Part shown: positions 1 through 19,344 of the stretch, in pieces
Layout: every line of letters starts with the position of its first letter
How positions within the stretch are numbered: the stretch's first letter is position 1
The notes under the pieces: model-generated
The model's input: the letters and a program-made list of their open reading frames with translations, nothing else
What the model was told of the DNA's origin: nothing
Databases searched by the model: none
Assembly (NCBI RefSeq): GCF_009914755.1
Contig: NC_060925.1
Length of the DNA stretch: 64,000 nucleotides
DNA from: the human T2T-CHM13v2.0 reference genome, Homo sapiens
Strand: one strand, 5' to 3'
Program-made: the position numbers and the translations under genes

Positions 1-179
1 CAGCCTCCCGAGTAGCTAGATTACAGGCACCCACCAACATGCCTGGCTAATTTTTGGTATTTTTAGTAAAGATGGGGTTTTGCCATGTTGGCTAGACCTG
101 AACTCTTGACCTCAGGTGATCCACCCACCTCAGCCTCCCAGAGTGCTAGGATTACAGGTGTGAGCCACCACGCCTGGCC
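1..179 (-). mobile_element. Alu (partial, cut by window edge)
   Basis: Reverse-complement Alu motifs gctaatttttggtatttttagta...gtgagccaccacgcctggcc. Confidence 0.9.
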
Positions 180-488
180 TCCCTCCCTCACTCTTAGGGA
201 GGTAATGATGCATGCAAATGGCTGAGCAGGTGCCTGGTCAGTGCCAGCGGCTACAATTGTGCTGATGGCTTCCTCCCTCCTCCCAGGTGGACACAGCCCC
301 CTGGGCTCATGCACATCTGCCCCTACCATTTACCCCAGCCCTAACCCAGGGCCTGGCACCCCACAGATGCTTGGTGGCCATTTATGGGGTGGCATGATCT
401 GACCACACCTGGCTGCACTCCCGCTCTCCTCTGCCTCTTCAGCACTTTAGCACAGTTGGTACTGGTTGGGGAGAGTCTCTGTCCGCTA

Positions 489-857
<369 letters not shown>

Positions 858-1154
858 CTAGGTAGTGGTCAGAGCAGCCAAAGAGCAAACATCCCAAGGC
901 CAAGTCCGTTGGTTTTTCTGGCTTTGCCTTTCAAACCCAGTTTAGGTCAGAGAACAGCTCAGCAGCTGGGGACAGCTCTGGGGTACCCTGCGGCCTTTAG
1001 AAGTCAGGTGCAGGTATTACCAGCTCATAGACAAACCCCGGTGGACGTCCTTTTATGGGCAGGGGATGGCTATATTCTAAACAGGGACTGTGGGGGTCGG
1101 GGAGCAAAGCCTGAACAAAGAATCCCAGGTCCCGTTCTCCCCCAGCCGACTTAC

Positions 1155-1199
1155 TTTTGAAGATCTCTGAATCGAAGCCAGCATCCTTCCCCAGGTAAG
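1155..1199 (-). CDS. MYOM3: Myomesin-3 exon 8 (45-nt inter-Ig linker exon)
   Basis: tttttcag|CT TAC CTG GGG...TTC AAA A|gtaag; encodes (T)YLGKDAGFDSEIFK(R), in frame with both neighbours. Confidence 0.95.
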
Positions 1200-3552
1200 C
1201 TGAAAAACCAAAGGCAAACAGAGTTGGAGAAGGTTCAGAGCCCACATTCCTATGCTATTTTGGGGACATGGGCTTTGGATATGAGTTTGAGTCCTGGTCT
1301 GTTGGTGGCTTCCCCTTGTGGCTTTGGGAAAGTTCTTTTACCTCTCTGTGCCTCAGTTTCTTCAGCAGTAAAATGGGACAGTAATTCCTACCTGGAGCAA
1401 GGAACGAGCGGGTTCACATGAATCAAGCCACCAGCCATAGCCTGACACATGGCAGGTTCTCAATACATGCTGGTTTCCTTTCCCTACCCAAACTTGCCCC
1501 CAGGATTATGCACTGTCTTCACAGCGGTCAAGCCCGCTCAGAGGCGCGGGGATTTCTGGTGGGATCAGGGAGAGTGGTGGGGGAGGGGCAGCACTGAGAG
1601 GCATCCAGGGGCTGAAGGGTGAAATCCAAGGTAATGTTGCCACAGACCACCAGAGAATAGTAACAGCAGCTCTCACTCACACAGTGCTCGCCCCATGCTC
1701 TGAGGATTGAACGAGCCAATTAAACACATAAACACATTGACTCATTCTATCTTCACAACAGCCCTGTCAGTTGGTACTATTATTATCCTCTCAAACAGAA
1801 GAGAAAACTGAGGCACAGCCGTCCAGACAACACCCCAGCAGCCTGAAGCTATGACATGACACTGGTCCCTGGAAAGGCCCTTCCTGAGCAAGGTCCAGAG
1901 AAGGGCAGGAGGCTGCCCGAGATCACACAGGTCAGTGGAAGAGTCAGGATTGGAACTCAGGGCTCCTGTCCCCCAGGCCACTAAAATCACCCAAGTGGCT
2001 ACGGAGATGAAAGCAGAGAAGAGGGTGGTAGTGGCGGTGAGTGGAGTAGGAGAAGCAGAGGGTTGGCTGGAGTCTGGGGCCAAGAGCAAGCCTGGTGGAC
2101 CCTGGAGTTGCCAGCCTTGATGGAGAGAGGGACAGGGATCTGGAAGGAGTGGTGGGAAGGACGGGTGGGCAGAGGGAGGCAGGGCCCCAGTCCCTGACCT
2201 TGGGCTTGACTCTGGGCATGGACTGTGGGGACAGCTCAAATTTCTGCACAAGAGCTTGGCCTGGCAGCAGGATCTGCCTCCTAAGAGCTATTTAGGGAAC
2301 AGGACAGTGGGTGGAGAGGGCTGTGCAGGACAGTTTAACAAGGTCTGATGAGAGGCAGGGAGGGTGGCCTGGGATCCACCTGTCTACTGCCCAAGACAGC
2401 TGCCTCAGGAGTGTGTGTATGAGTGCGCGTGTGTGTATGAGTGCACGTGTGTGTGTGTGTGTATGTGTGCACACGTGGGCTTCTCTCTCCCGGGGGTCCT
2501 GGAACTCAGGGCACGGCATTCTTCTGGGCCCAAAGGTGTGACCCCCTTGGGCAGTGCCCTGCCCTGGTCATGGGAATGGGTACCACATGCCAAGGCTTAT
2601 ACGTATCATCTCATTTAATCAACTCGGGCATCTGAGAGAGGTGGTAGGATTGTAGGATTCTCCCTTTCACAGATGAGGAAATAGAGGCTCAGGGAAGTGA
2701 GGTGGCTTCCCAGATTTACACAGCCAGTTGGCAGCAGAGCCAGGATGTGAACTCAGGTCTGGCTGACTCCTGAGTGTCTACCTGCTTTATGCTGTGATTT
2801 CAGATGCCCATGGGGTGACCTCCAGGAGGGGCCCAAGCCCAGCTGGAAAATGTGCAAAAGGACCCACATGGGGCAGTGGGGGTCAGGTGGGGAGTTGCTG
2901 GGGTTTGGCTTTTGTCCCTGAGGACCCCTCAGCAGGGTTGGTGGGGCCAGACCACCCTCCCAGAGGCCCTGAGATGGATCCCAACCTAAGCGCAATCCGG
3001 TGGGCCAAGCATGCTCTTTGGCATGGCGGGCAGGTGGGTTCGCCTTGAATAACTGTGTAGGTTGTGCTCTGTGCAAAGTTATCCCCTGAGAGAGCAACTT
3101 GGGGGCTAAAATTCAGTCTGTTTTCCATTTGCCAAGCCATGTGCCCTGGAGTGGGAGCTGCACCTGCCTGCAGAAAAGGGGCCCCTTTCGCTAATTCATC
3201 CATTCAGTTCACACAAAGGTGCCCACCATGCCAGTGATGACTCTACAGAGAGAGCTGAGTTCAAGTCCCAGCCCTGCCACCGGCTGGCTCAGGATGGAAT
3301 CAGGTACTATCAAGGGTGTCTGGCACACAGTGAAGACTCAGGAGAGGTCAGTTCCCTTCCCATCTCCCAGCTGCTCTTGACACCAACCCACAGGGACAGG
3401 TGATCCTGCCTCACTCACCTTCCACCATCAGCCCAGGCTGATGGAGGAGACTATCGCTTGCTGTGAAGGCCCCCAGGGAAGCGGGAGTCTCCAGGGCTGC
3501 CCTGGTCACCCAATGCCAGGCTGAACAGCCTTGTGCCTATGGCCCTTCCTCA

Positions 3553-3849
<297 letters not shown>

Positions 3850-5391
3850 TCATTATCTCTGAAAAGCTGTGTGTTTTCTGGTTGGCCACTGCACCTTTCC
3901 ATGCTTCGGTGTCCTCTGAAAAACTGGGGACACGACACCACCTAAACCGTCTCAGGAGAAAGTGCTTTAAAAATATGACATGCCACATTGCAGTTATTGC
4001 TGACTGTGGAGGATCAGAGAGGTTAAGTGACTTTCCCAGAGTCACAGAGCAAATGGAACTCAACTCAGCTTCAAACAAGGATCCTGGAGCGGGAGCCTCC
4101 TCCTTTCTCAGAGAGCAGCAGACAAACTTGGTCAAGGCAGGCTGCAATCTGGATAGAACTGAGCCAGACACCCAGGTGTTCCCAGTCTTAGGTGTGGGTC
4201 TCACCACCAACCAGGCCAACCCTGTCATGTTCCCAGTGGAAGCCTGGGCCAGCTCCATCCCAGGGGCACCCTGGTGACAGAGAGGAGGTGGTCGGATGTG
4301 GCACCTCTGGCCCCATTAGCAAGCAGAGGCCCCTTGGTGCCTCCTTTTTGCCCCTGGTCACTCAGCACAGGAACCCCTCTTGCTTCCAGGGCCAGTCCTG
4401 CCTGCCCCGGAGGTCCCCCTGGGCCTGCGCACCTTCCTTGACTGTGGAGTCCATGGGGCACCTCCCTTATATGGTCAGATATTTATGTCTCCCCACTTCT
4501 GAAGGGTAAGATGAGTGTTCTGCTTATCTTTGTGTCTCTGAGGCCTGGGTTGGTTGAGGTGGAGGGTTTGGTGTTTGGGAAACAACCCAGATAGAGAGAA
4601 ATGGCTCACACCAGGCCCTGTCGCATAGTAGCTGTACAAGAGCCTTAACTTTCTGAGCCTGTTTCATCACCTGCGACATGGGGTGCTTCCCTCAAGCATG
4701 GTGGCAGGGATTATGGATCGTATGTGAAAAGCACCCAGCACAGGGCCTGGCACCTGGGAGGAACTCAGCGTGTGGCAGCTGATATGAATGATGAGTGACA
4801 CAGGCCTTGGGGAGGACTGCACTCTTATATTCCCGTGTGGCCTCCCAGCATGCATCCTGCCTCTTCCCTCAAAACCATGCTTAGGACGCACCATCTCCTG
4901 AAAGGCTGAACTCTCTCCCATGTCACTGCTTCCCCTCACATGTGTATGTTTGGGTACATAAGCACATGTGTGAGCACTGTGTATGTGCATGTATGCATAT
5001 GTGTGTGCACAGGTGCATATGTGTGCATATTATGGTATTTTTCTCTCCCCCACAAGGAGCCTTCCCAGCATGCCTAGTTCAGCATCCAGTCCTCACGGCC
5101 AGCCTCTGAGTCCAAATTTCTCACCGTGTATCTCAAGGCATCGGAATCACATGGTGGGTGTGTGTGTTAAATATTAATTCCTGGGCTCCATTCCAGACCT
5201 GCTTAATCTGAATCTCTGGGGGTGGGGGGAGGGTCTGTCCTGTCCCAGGAATCGGTATTTTGACCAGCACCCTAGAGACTTCTGAAGGAGGTGAACTTGG
5301 GCCTCAGCTCCGAGGAAGGGTTTGGGATCCTGCTCTGGCCTCGGCGGTGGCAGGGTCTGGGGTCATAGGTCTCTCCAGGTCTCCAGTCTCA

Positions 5392-5526
<135 letters not shown>

Positions 5527-5576
5527 CTAAGCGGGAGGGGTCTGGAGCCTCTCGGATGGGGATTCCAGCTGCAGGT

Positions 5577-5881
5577 TTTTGTTTTGTTTTGTTTTTTTGA
5601 GACGGAGTTTTGCTTTGTCACCCAGGCTGGAGCGCAGTAGTACAATCTCAGCTCACTGCAACCTCCGCCTCTTGGGTTCAAGCAGTTCTCCCTGCCTCAG
5701 CCTCCTGAGTAGCTGGGATTACAGACGCCTTCCACCACGCCCGGCTAATTTTTGTATTTCTAGTAGAGACGGAGTTTCCCCATGTTGGCTAGGCTGGTCT
5801 CGAATTCCTGACCTCAGGTGATCCGCCCGCCTCAGCCTCCTAAAGTGCTAAGATTATAGGCGTGAACCACCGCGCCTGGCC
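5577..5881 (-). mobile_element. Alu (S-type)
   Basis: (TTTTG)n tail followed by a full antisense Alu body. Confidence 0.9.
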
Positions 5882-6317
5882 TCCAGTTGCAGTTTTGTGT
5901 TGCTTACTTGCCTGTGCGATTGGAGCAGCACTTACGCCACTCTGAGCCTCAGTTGTCCTGACTCGTGAAATGGCGGTATGAGAACACTCGCCTCACAGGG
6001 CTGCTGTGACAATTAAATGGGATGGGCTTATAAAGCCTTTCCCCTGTGCCCACACACCGCAGGTGCTCAAGGGTTTATTTCCCTTCTGGGGGCAGAGAAG
6101 AGGGAGCCTGTAATTAAGGGCAGCTGCCCCTCCCCCTACCAAGCCATCCCCAGGGGCACCCTAGGACCAGGCCCCAGCTTTTCCCTTCCCTCCGAAGGGG
6201 CTTGCCGTGGAAGGAACCCCAGACCCCTGCCGCTCTTCCCAACCCCTGAGGATGGCTATTCTTCATTTTGGCTCTCATTACAATAGCCGGAGGAGCTTTC
6301 AAAAATCTCCATGTCCA

Positions 6318-6908
<591 letters not shown>

Positions 6909-7119
6909 TCACATGCCGAAGTTCAGGGCTGCCTCTCCAGTAGTGATGTGGAGAAGCTCAGTCCCTGGGGAATCTGTGCAGCAGGTCTGTGCCGTCTGCA
7001 TCCAGACGTTTAGATGGAAGAAAACAAGCTTCTAGCTTATTTAAGCCATTAAAAACAAAACAAAACTCCAGGTCCAGGCTGCATCCCAAATCAATGAAAT
7101 CAGAATTTCGGGGGGGTTA

Positions 7120-8788
<1,669 letters not shown>

Positions 8789-9190
8789 TCAGGAATGCTC
8801 AGCTCCCTGTTGTGGCAACCTCGTTGGCAGGGGTAGAAACAACTCCCAAGAGGCTTCCAAGAATGCCTTCAATGTGGTCCTCAGTGCCAGGGCCGCGCAG
8901 AGCTTGGCTGCGGGGAGGACAGCTGAGTTGCTAACCTCCACTTGGCCTGGCCAGCGCTGGGAGCAGTCCTCCTAGTGGGATCAGCAACTTGCGTGCGGGG
9001 ATCGCCCAGTCCCCACAGCATCCCAGTGCCCAGCAAGGTACTTGGCATAGTTTTTGGAATAAATGCCAGCTGGGAATGACCAGCCCTGAGGCCAGCTCCC
9101 TCAAGATCCTTTCTTGATTGCTCCTGGCCTGAGTGATTTCTATTTCTCTGTCTTCTGAAGCATTGTATGTGCTTTAAGGAAAGTAACACT

Positions 9191-9682
9191 TGTAATGGAA
9201 CAGGAATTAAAAGAAAGTAAAGAATGTGTAAGCAAAAACTCAGTTGTATGTAAGAAAACCCAATTTCCCTTGAGGAAGAGAAAGAGCTGAAGTCCTTTAA
9301 AAATTAACTGCCTGTTTTTCGGTGGCTAGTGACCCTTATCTCTCCCTTTCCCAGGCATTGTGAAGACCCTGTTTCTCTGGCTGTGCAGCTGCAAGGTCAC
9401 TAGGCAGATAAACTCAAGTTGTAAAACACGTTTTGCCTTGAAAAGTAAGAAATGATGTAATGCGTGTCTTAATTGAATAACTGTCTTTGTTTCATGCTTC
9501 TGTAATATGCTTCCCCCTGCACAGATCTCCCCCCGCCCCACAAAATGCTTAAAAGGTAGCTTGACTCTTTGTTCATGGCTCAGTCCTTTGGATGTTAATC
9601 CGACTGGGTTGGTGCACCTAAATAATTAAATAATTCCTTTTCAACCCCTCCATCTCTCTGATTCTTTAATTATCCCACAGCA
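9191..9682 (+). mobile_element. Solo ERV LTR (ERV1 class, LTR15-like) in MYOM3 intron 5, antisense to the gene
   Basis: ~490 bp with TG...CA ends, TATA-like gcttaaaagg at ~9548 and an A-rich signal near the 3' end; subfamily from recall. Confidence 0.65.
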
Positions 9683-10159
9683 GTAATAATCACTCTCCTA
9701 CCCTCTAGGCCAGCTGAAAGAGTTATGCGCTTAGAGGCAGGAGACCTGAGTTTGAATCCTGACTCACATTGGCTGTGTGACCTTAGATAAGTCACACTAC
9801 CTCTCTGAGCCTTGATATCCTTACCTGTGTAATAGGCATAATGGTTCCTATCTCATGAATGGCCCTGATGCTCAAATGCAAGTGAAGTTTTGGGTCAGTG
9901 TGACGTGGATTCAAATATAAGAGGCTGCTGTTTTCCTTTGTGTTTTCCATTATTTGTGCCCCTGTTCTCTCTCCTGCTAGACCATAGGCTGTTCCCTGTC
10001 AAGATCTGGCTCATAGGCAACCTCTTCTGAGAAGCCTTCCTGGATTCTATGGGCTGAGGTAGCTCCTTCTTCCTTTTCACCCAGACTCTTTGATCTCAAA
10101 TATCACCCACGAGTATACTTCTTTGTGTGTTGATGTTTCTTTTCTGGGCTAAGAGTTAA

Positions 10160-12582
<2,423 letters not shown>

Positions 12583-12611
12583 AATTTTACAGATGAGAAC
12601 ACTGAGGCTCA

Positions 12612-13043
<432 letters not shown>

Positions 13044-13704
13044 TTAAACTTTTGGAGGACATGCATGATTTTGCATCTTCCCTTGCCTCCAAAACAGCCT
13101 GGAAGGGCCCTGCTTGCAGTCAGTCCTTAATAGTTGACTGTTTTCATTGTTTTCAAGGCTCTTTCACAAACCTTTGTTCATCTTGTTTTCACGACAGCCA
13201 AGTGGCCAGGCCTTAGTGTCCCTATTTTATAGGGCAGGGACTGAGGCTTAGCAACTTGCTTCAGGTCAGCCAGGACCACCACCCAAGCCTCCTAGCCCAG
13301 GGCCCTGCCCCAAGCCGAACGCTGCCTCTCCACGCCGGCACACTCAGAGGCCTCCTCAGTCTCTGGCCTTGTGGGAAACTGGGGCCTGGTTTACTTGCTC
13401 CTTCTGTCCCATTCTTAGCCCCCTCCCCCACCACGTGAAGCCCAGAAGTCTGTTGGTGAAGTAGGCCCCTACCCTCTTCCTTGGGAACAGTCCCCCGCTA
13501 TGACACGTGCACCCTTCCAGAGGGTGGCATGTGGGCTTTGAGGGCAGGTAGCCCTGGGCTTAAACTCCTGTCTAGACCCTTATTCTAGATGTGGGATTTT
13601 GGGCAGGTTCTTTACACTCGGGGTGAAAGGCCAGCAGGGAGGCCGGGGACTGGACAGGATGGCCCCTCCTCAGCCACGGCTCCCTGGGAAGCTTCTCTGA
13701 CTCA

Positions 13705-13908
<204 letters not shown>

Positions 13909-14133
13909 TCATACTGGGGTCTCAGAAAGCAAGGCTGCATCCCCCCGACCCTGAATGTGCTTCCCTCCTCAAACAGGGTTTCCAGAGGACAGGGCTGTGC
14001 CTCTTCCATCACATGGGGGTCTCCAGAGAGCCAATTGTGTCTCCCCCCTCAGACAGGGGGTTCAGAAAGCAGGGATGTCCCTCCCCCCATCAGGTTGGAG
14101 CCTCCAGAGGGCTAGGCTGGGCCTCCCTCCTCA

Positions 14134-14409
<276 letters not shown>

Positions 14410-17400
14410 CTATCCCCTCCCATGCAGTCTTCCCAACATCTCTAGGAGGCTGGCAGGATGGGGGGTGGGGGTGTCCTCTCTGCAGTCGGCAGACAGGGAA
14501 ACTGAGGTCTGAGAGGGAGAGGGACCTGCCCAAGGTGACAGAGGCAGGCCTTGGGCTCTGAGCCAGGCTTCTCCTCCACCCCATGTGCTCCCCAGCTGAG
14601 TGAGCAGAGCCCCCACGTTAGGGAGCAGGGCCCTGGCTTCTAGCTGCTTCCAGCTGCAGCCCAGCCCTTGTCTCACTGTATGATCTGTGGCAAGGTTTTC
14701 GCTTCTATGGGCCTCAGCTCCCCAGACAATGAGTAATTGAAACTGTGATGTCCACGGCTGTGTCTATGACTCAGGACGGGCAGGCGTCCCCATTCTTCCT
14801 GCACCGGCCATGTTCAGTCCTACCTCTGGGCCTTTGCCCACGCTGGTTTCCTCTCCCGGCACACCCTTCCCCTCCTCCTGGCCCGCTTGGCTCTAGTCAT
14901 GCTTCAAACCCCAACTGAGGGCATGCTAATTAGCAGAGAGACTCTGAGTCCAGCCCACAGGGTGTGATCCCAGCTCCTTATCCCAGCTTTCAAGTGTGTA
15001 ACCTTGGGAAAGACTCATGACTTTGTTTCCTCATCTGTAAAATGGGTCTACTAACCTCCCAGGGTAGTTGTGAAGGTTAGATGAGTGCTTGGGGCTTAGT
15101 AAGTACAAATAAGTATTAGGCATTAGCATTATTTTTCTAAGAAGCCTTGCAGAAAGACTACAGGCCACCTAGAATTTTCCCTCTTCTCATTTCTTTTGTA
15201 CTTATTTTCTAGCACTCCACAATTTAGCATTGATTCAGACAATGCTTTCTCTATGTAATTATTTTGTATCTGTGCATCTTGACTGTTCAACAAGACTGTA
15301 AGTGAATTAAAAGTAACAATAGTGAGAACTTACTATGTTCCATGCCCATGTTAGTTTTCAAATGCATTATCCCCAGTCCCTGCAATAACCCAAATGAGGA
15401 CAGCACCATTATTATCCCATTTTACTGATGAACAGGGGCAGTACTTGCTCAAGGTCACCCAGCATGATGGTGGGGCCATGACTGGCAGCCAATCCCTAGC
15501 CCAACCCCTAGCCCTTCTGATCTCTATGTCATATGTCCATTCAAGGCCAGGCCGTGGCCGAGGCTGGGGACACGGTGGGCCACAGGGCCTTTCTCCTTAT
15601 AAGGGGATTGCAATGTACACATCTCCTTTGCATTCCCAAGGCTCAAGTCTAGGCCCGTGATGGCGCCCAGTGGGGCCGGATCAGATTGACCCAGGGGAGG
15701 CTCAGGAAGCGGATCCATGGATATGGAGAGGCAAACGAGGGGTGTGGGAGGCCCGTGTGCCCGCTGGCTGTGGGTTTTTGCACTGAGTTTTCTCATATCC
15801 GGGCTTCAGTCACTGCTGGGTCTCTGAGGGCCCCCCTGATGCTAAAGCTAAAATCCCTGGAATGGCTTTCACACCTCCTCCAGGTGGGAATCCTGGTCTG
15901 CAGGCTTCTGGCATGGGAGGGTTCCTGCCCAGGCATGGGGATGGAAACAGAAGAGGGATGACCGCCTGCCTTGGCCTGCTCCTGTCAGCTTCTGTGGGGT
16001 CAGCTCTGTCTGGCCCCTGCCTCTCTAGAGGGTCCTGCTGGAGGTGGCAGCGTGTGTGTGTGGGCGTGCATGTGTGTGTATGTGTGTGTGTGCGTGCATG
16101 TGTAGGCTGTCTTCTGCCTGGATGTGAACACAGCACCTAGGTGACCATTTCTCTAAGTCCATGGCATGGAAGGTGAGCCCACTGGCTTTATTGGAGAGCC
16201 GTTGGCCTGGAAGGGGCATGTGGTGGAGGTGTCTGGGGCTCGGGCTGTGGAGGGTCAGTCTTAGTGGGCTTTTACCCCTTCTACTTCCTAGAAGTTTGCT
16301 CCTTTTGGGTGTCTGCAGTTGTGGGCATCAGGAAAAAGAGAATGGATGGCTGCAGGGTTAGCTGGGACCAAGGGCTGCCCCCTAAAGCTCCCTGGGCTCC
16401 TGCTAATCATCTCAAATGACATAATGGGACAGTCACCCTCTTTGGCTTCGTATCACTCCCTCCCGATGGAAGAAGTTCTCTTTGCACCCAAAGAAGTGGC
16501 TAGCCCTGCTCATTCTGCTCTTTCTTCCTCATGGCCCAGGAGGAGAGCTGCTGGGTACCACCCTAGGTGGAGCAAGGACCCCCCACTCTGCCCCAGCTTT
16601 CCTGGGACACGATGGCCCTGGCTCCAGTGGCTGAGAGTTAACATTCCCTGGCACCAGCCACTGGCTCCCTTCCCCTGGATGCTCTGTTCCCGATTAGCAC
16701 AGCAGGCAGGGGCCTGGCGCTCGTCCCTGACCTCGGGGCCTCCAGCAACCAGACCCCTGGCTTTAGCGGATGAGCTACCAATTCTTTTTAAAGCACTGAC
16801 TGATGCGTGGTATTAAGCAGGGACAAGTTTGCGGCCTCACTGCCCTTTCCCAAAGGACCAGGGTGCCTCTTCCCGGAACACTGTGTGTGCCTGCGTGGAG
16901 GGGAAACTGCCCCCGCTTCCCTCTCTTGGGGTGCAAAAATCTGGGCCAGAGGTCCCACTGCGTGGCCTTCCCTATTCCCCTCTGCTTTCCTCCCAAGCCT
17001 CCATCTGCCGAGGAGGCCTCTCCCCTTCTTCAGGAGGGAAAGAGGAATGCACAGCAGTTGAGCCAAGACCCCTCCAGGAGCTGCGATGGGGGCGGATGGT
17101 GGCTGGGAGCAGAGACACATCCTGCGGGCGGCGGGTGGCACAGGCTGGGACGTGTTCTTAGCCAGTGGCTCCACCAGCTTCCGCGAGGCCGAATCCTGCC
17201 CTTGCCAGTCATGAGCTGAGGCAACTCCTTTCCCGTCTGGGCCTCGGTTTCCTGTCAGGCACTGGATGAAATCCCTTCCAGCTCTAAGATTTGGGATCCG
17301 AGGGCTCGCTCTCTTTCCCTGCCTGTGGGGTTGGCCAAGCCGGGCTCAGCCAGCTCCGCTCTAAGTTCGTGGAACTTGCCAGCTTAGCCTGGCTCCCGCT

Positions 17401-17605
17401 TATCGCTGCTCCATCACAGGAAAGACTCCAGTTCCCAGGGCAGCCCCCACTCTTTTTTTTTTTTTTGCAACTTTCACATCACAGACAGCTCAGCTCTCAG
17501 AAGACCCAGGGCCACACAGAACAGTGGGATGGGGCAGGGGTTTCTGGAATCCCCTCCCATTTTCACTTGGGTGCTGCCTCAGCACAAATTTCCCAGGCTC
17601 CTTTC

Positions 17606-17665
17606 ACAACACACAACACACATACACACAAACACACACACGTGCACACACACACACACATGCAC
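17606..17665. repeat. Imperfect (CA)n tract near the MYOM3 exon 1 donor; similar (TG)n tracts at ~2411-2470, 4940-5030, 16051-16102, 60900-60936
   Basis: Direct reading. Confidence 0.9.
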
Positions 17666-17740
17666 CCACAGATATCACTCCCCAGTGGCTGACTCTTAGG
17701 AGGCATCCCTCCCCCACCCTGATTTCTGGGGGTGACTCAC

Positions 17741-17845
17741 AGAAGCAGTGTGCCCACTTAGGAGTCTCTGGGGAGAAGATTCCTGAGGCCGAGAGGGTCC
17801 TTGTTCTCTTCTTGCCCTCGGCTCAGCGGGCACCGGGAGAAGAAT
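17741..17845 (-). other. MYOM3: Probable non-coding exon 1 of MYOM3 (5' end approximate)
   Basis: Consensus donor CTTCT|gtgagt at 17741/17740; a TATA/MEF2 element lies ~25-30 nt upstream of the inferred start; exon 2 begins with an acceptor, so an upstream exon is required. Confidence 0.7.
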
Positions 17846-18140
17846 GCGATCCCGGAGACTGCACCGTCTTAAATATAGCAGCACTGAGACAGTACAATGA
17901 CAATGGATGAGAACTATGGCATCGGGGACAGGGGGCCAAGGGGAGGGGCCATTCCGTGTCTCCAGCCTGCTGGGCAGCAGCGACAGGTGGAGCTGTCCGC
18001 CGCGTCCCCCCACACTGCTCCTCCTCTCAGCTGGGTCCTTTCTGCCCAACCCAAGCCCCTGTTAAAATGGAAAGGAGGGAACGGCTCAGGCATGGTCGTA
18101 TGGAGGGCAGATCCCGTGCGGCGTTCTCAGCTGTCGGGAG
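17846..18140 (-). promoter_or_regulatory. MYOM3: MYOM3 muscle-type proximal promoter
   Basis: MEF2 consensus YTA(W)4TAR = TTAAATATAG at 17869-17878 (CTATATTTAA, TATA-like, on minus); MCAT/TEAD CATTCC 17950-17955; E-boxes CAGGTG 17984, CAGCTG 18028 and 18128. Confidence 0.7.
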
Positions 18141-18492
18141 TTCTGATCTGAATTCTGCCCCGGCTGACTGGGTGCCCTGGGGAAGGCGCTCAGCTTCCCT
18201 GAACTGACTGCCTTCTGAAAAACGGAGACAGTGAGACTGGGCACCTGGACTTCATGAAGACGGTGGAAGGAATATGACCTAAAAGTGAGTGTTTCGTGCT
18301 CAGAAGTTGTCACTGGCTAAAACAGCAATGTGTGGCTCCTGGTCCCTCCACCACTCCGGTAGTTACTACACGGCCCCCGCCCTGACCACAGTCATGTGTG
18401 TGTGGTGTGGTGCAGGCAGGAGGAGCTGGGGAGCCACCTACTGCTTCACTGTGCAAACTGCTCAGGCTGCCAGAGTGTCCCCTGAAGGGCCT

Positions 18493-18972
18493 TCTTATAG
18501 GGTAAACGCACCTGACAGGGATAACTGAAGCACGCTCCAAGAATGACCCTGTGTGGAAGACCTGAATATGTGTTCCGAGCTAAGGAATCTGGGGAGTAGC
18601 CAACCCGTTTCTTACCTACGATGAATATCTGAGCCCCCGTCCCGTCCCTTCTGGTGGAACGCTGGCCATACAGGGGATTGAGGCCCTGAGTTTTGGGTTA
18701 AATGAAGATTGCCAGGTGGAGGTCATTAGGGGATGGTGTAAAGTGAAAATGCTCTATAAACTGCATGCTGTTTGCAAGGGGCTGAGGTTTTCCTGCCCAG
18801 TCGGCCGCCACTGGTATGTTGTCCAGCCCGCCGCCCCTGGACCATTTCTGTATGTAAGGCGGTTCTCCTGTCCAGTTCATCACCAGTGGACTCTCTCTCC
18901 TGTAGGCAAGCCCCTAACAAACCCCCACGTTCCTTCCTTTCCTTCCTTCCCTTCCTTCTCTCCCTTTCTTTT

Positions 18973-19044
<72 letters not shown>

Positions 19045-19112
19045 TTTCTTTCTCTTTCCTTCCTTCCTTCTTTCCTTCTTTCCCTCCCCCCCTCCTTCCT
19101 TCCTTCCTTCCT

Positions 19113-19145
<33 letters not shown>

Positions 19146-19344
19146 CCTTCTTTCCTTCTTTCTTTCCTTCTTGAGTCAGAGTCTCACTTTGTTGTCCAGG
19201 CTGGAGTGCAGTGGCATGATCTCAGCTCACTGCAACCTCCGCCTCCTGAAACCCCCATGTTCCGTTTGCTGGCTATGGATCTTTTCTTTGGCCTCTCAAA
19301 CCTGGTGCCTTCCCTACTGAGGTTAATAGGTGTTCGGCACCACA
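18493..19344 (+). mobile_element. Solo LTR (LTR47-like, ERVL class) interrupted by a truncated Alu and microsatellite
   Basis: gtaaacgcacctgacag...gaatgaccctgtgtgg...TATAAA 18755-18760...ttcggcaccaca; subfamily from recall. Confidence 0.6.
18930..19171. repeat. Complex (TTTC)n/(TTCC)n polypyrimidine microsatellite, ~240 bp
   Basis: Direct reading; only C and T on plus. Confidence 0.97.

Noticed and set aside
18716-19320. 152-aa and 182-aa F/L/S-rich, membrane-protein-looking ORFs
   Set aside because: Translation of the (TTTC)n microsatellite plus Alu and LTR sequence
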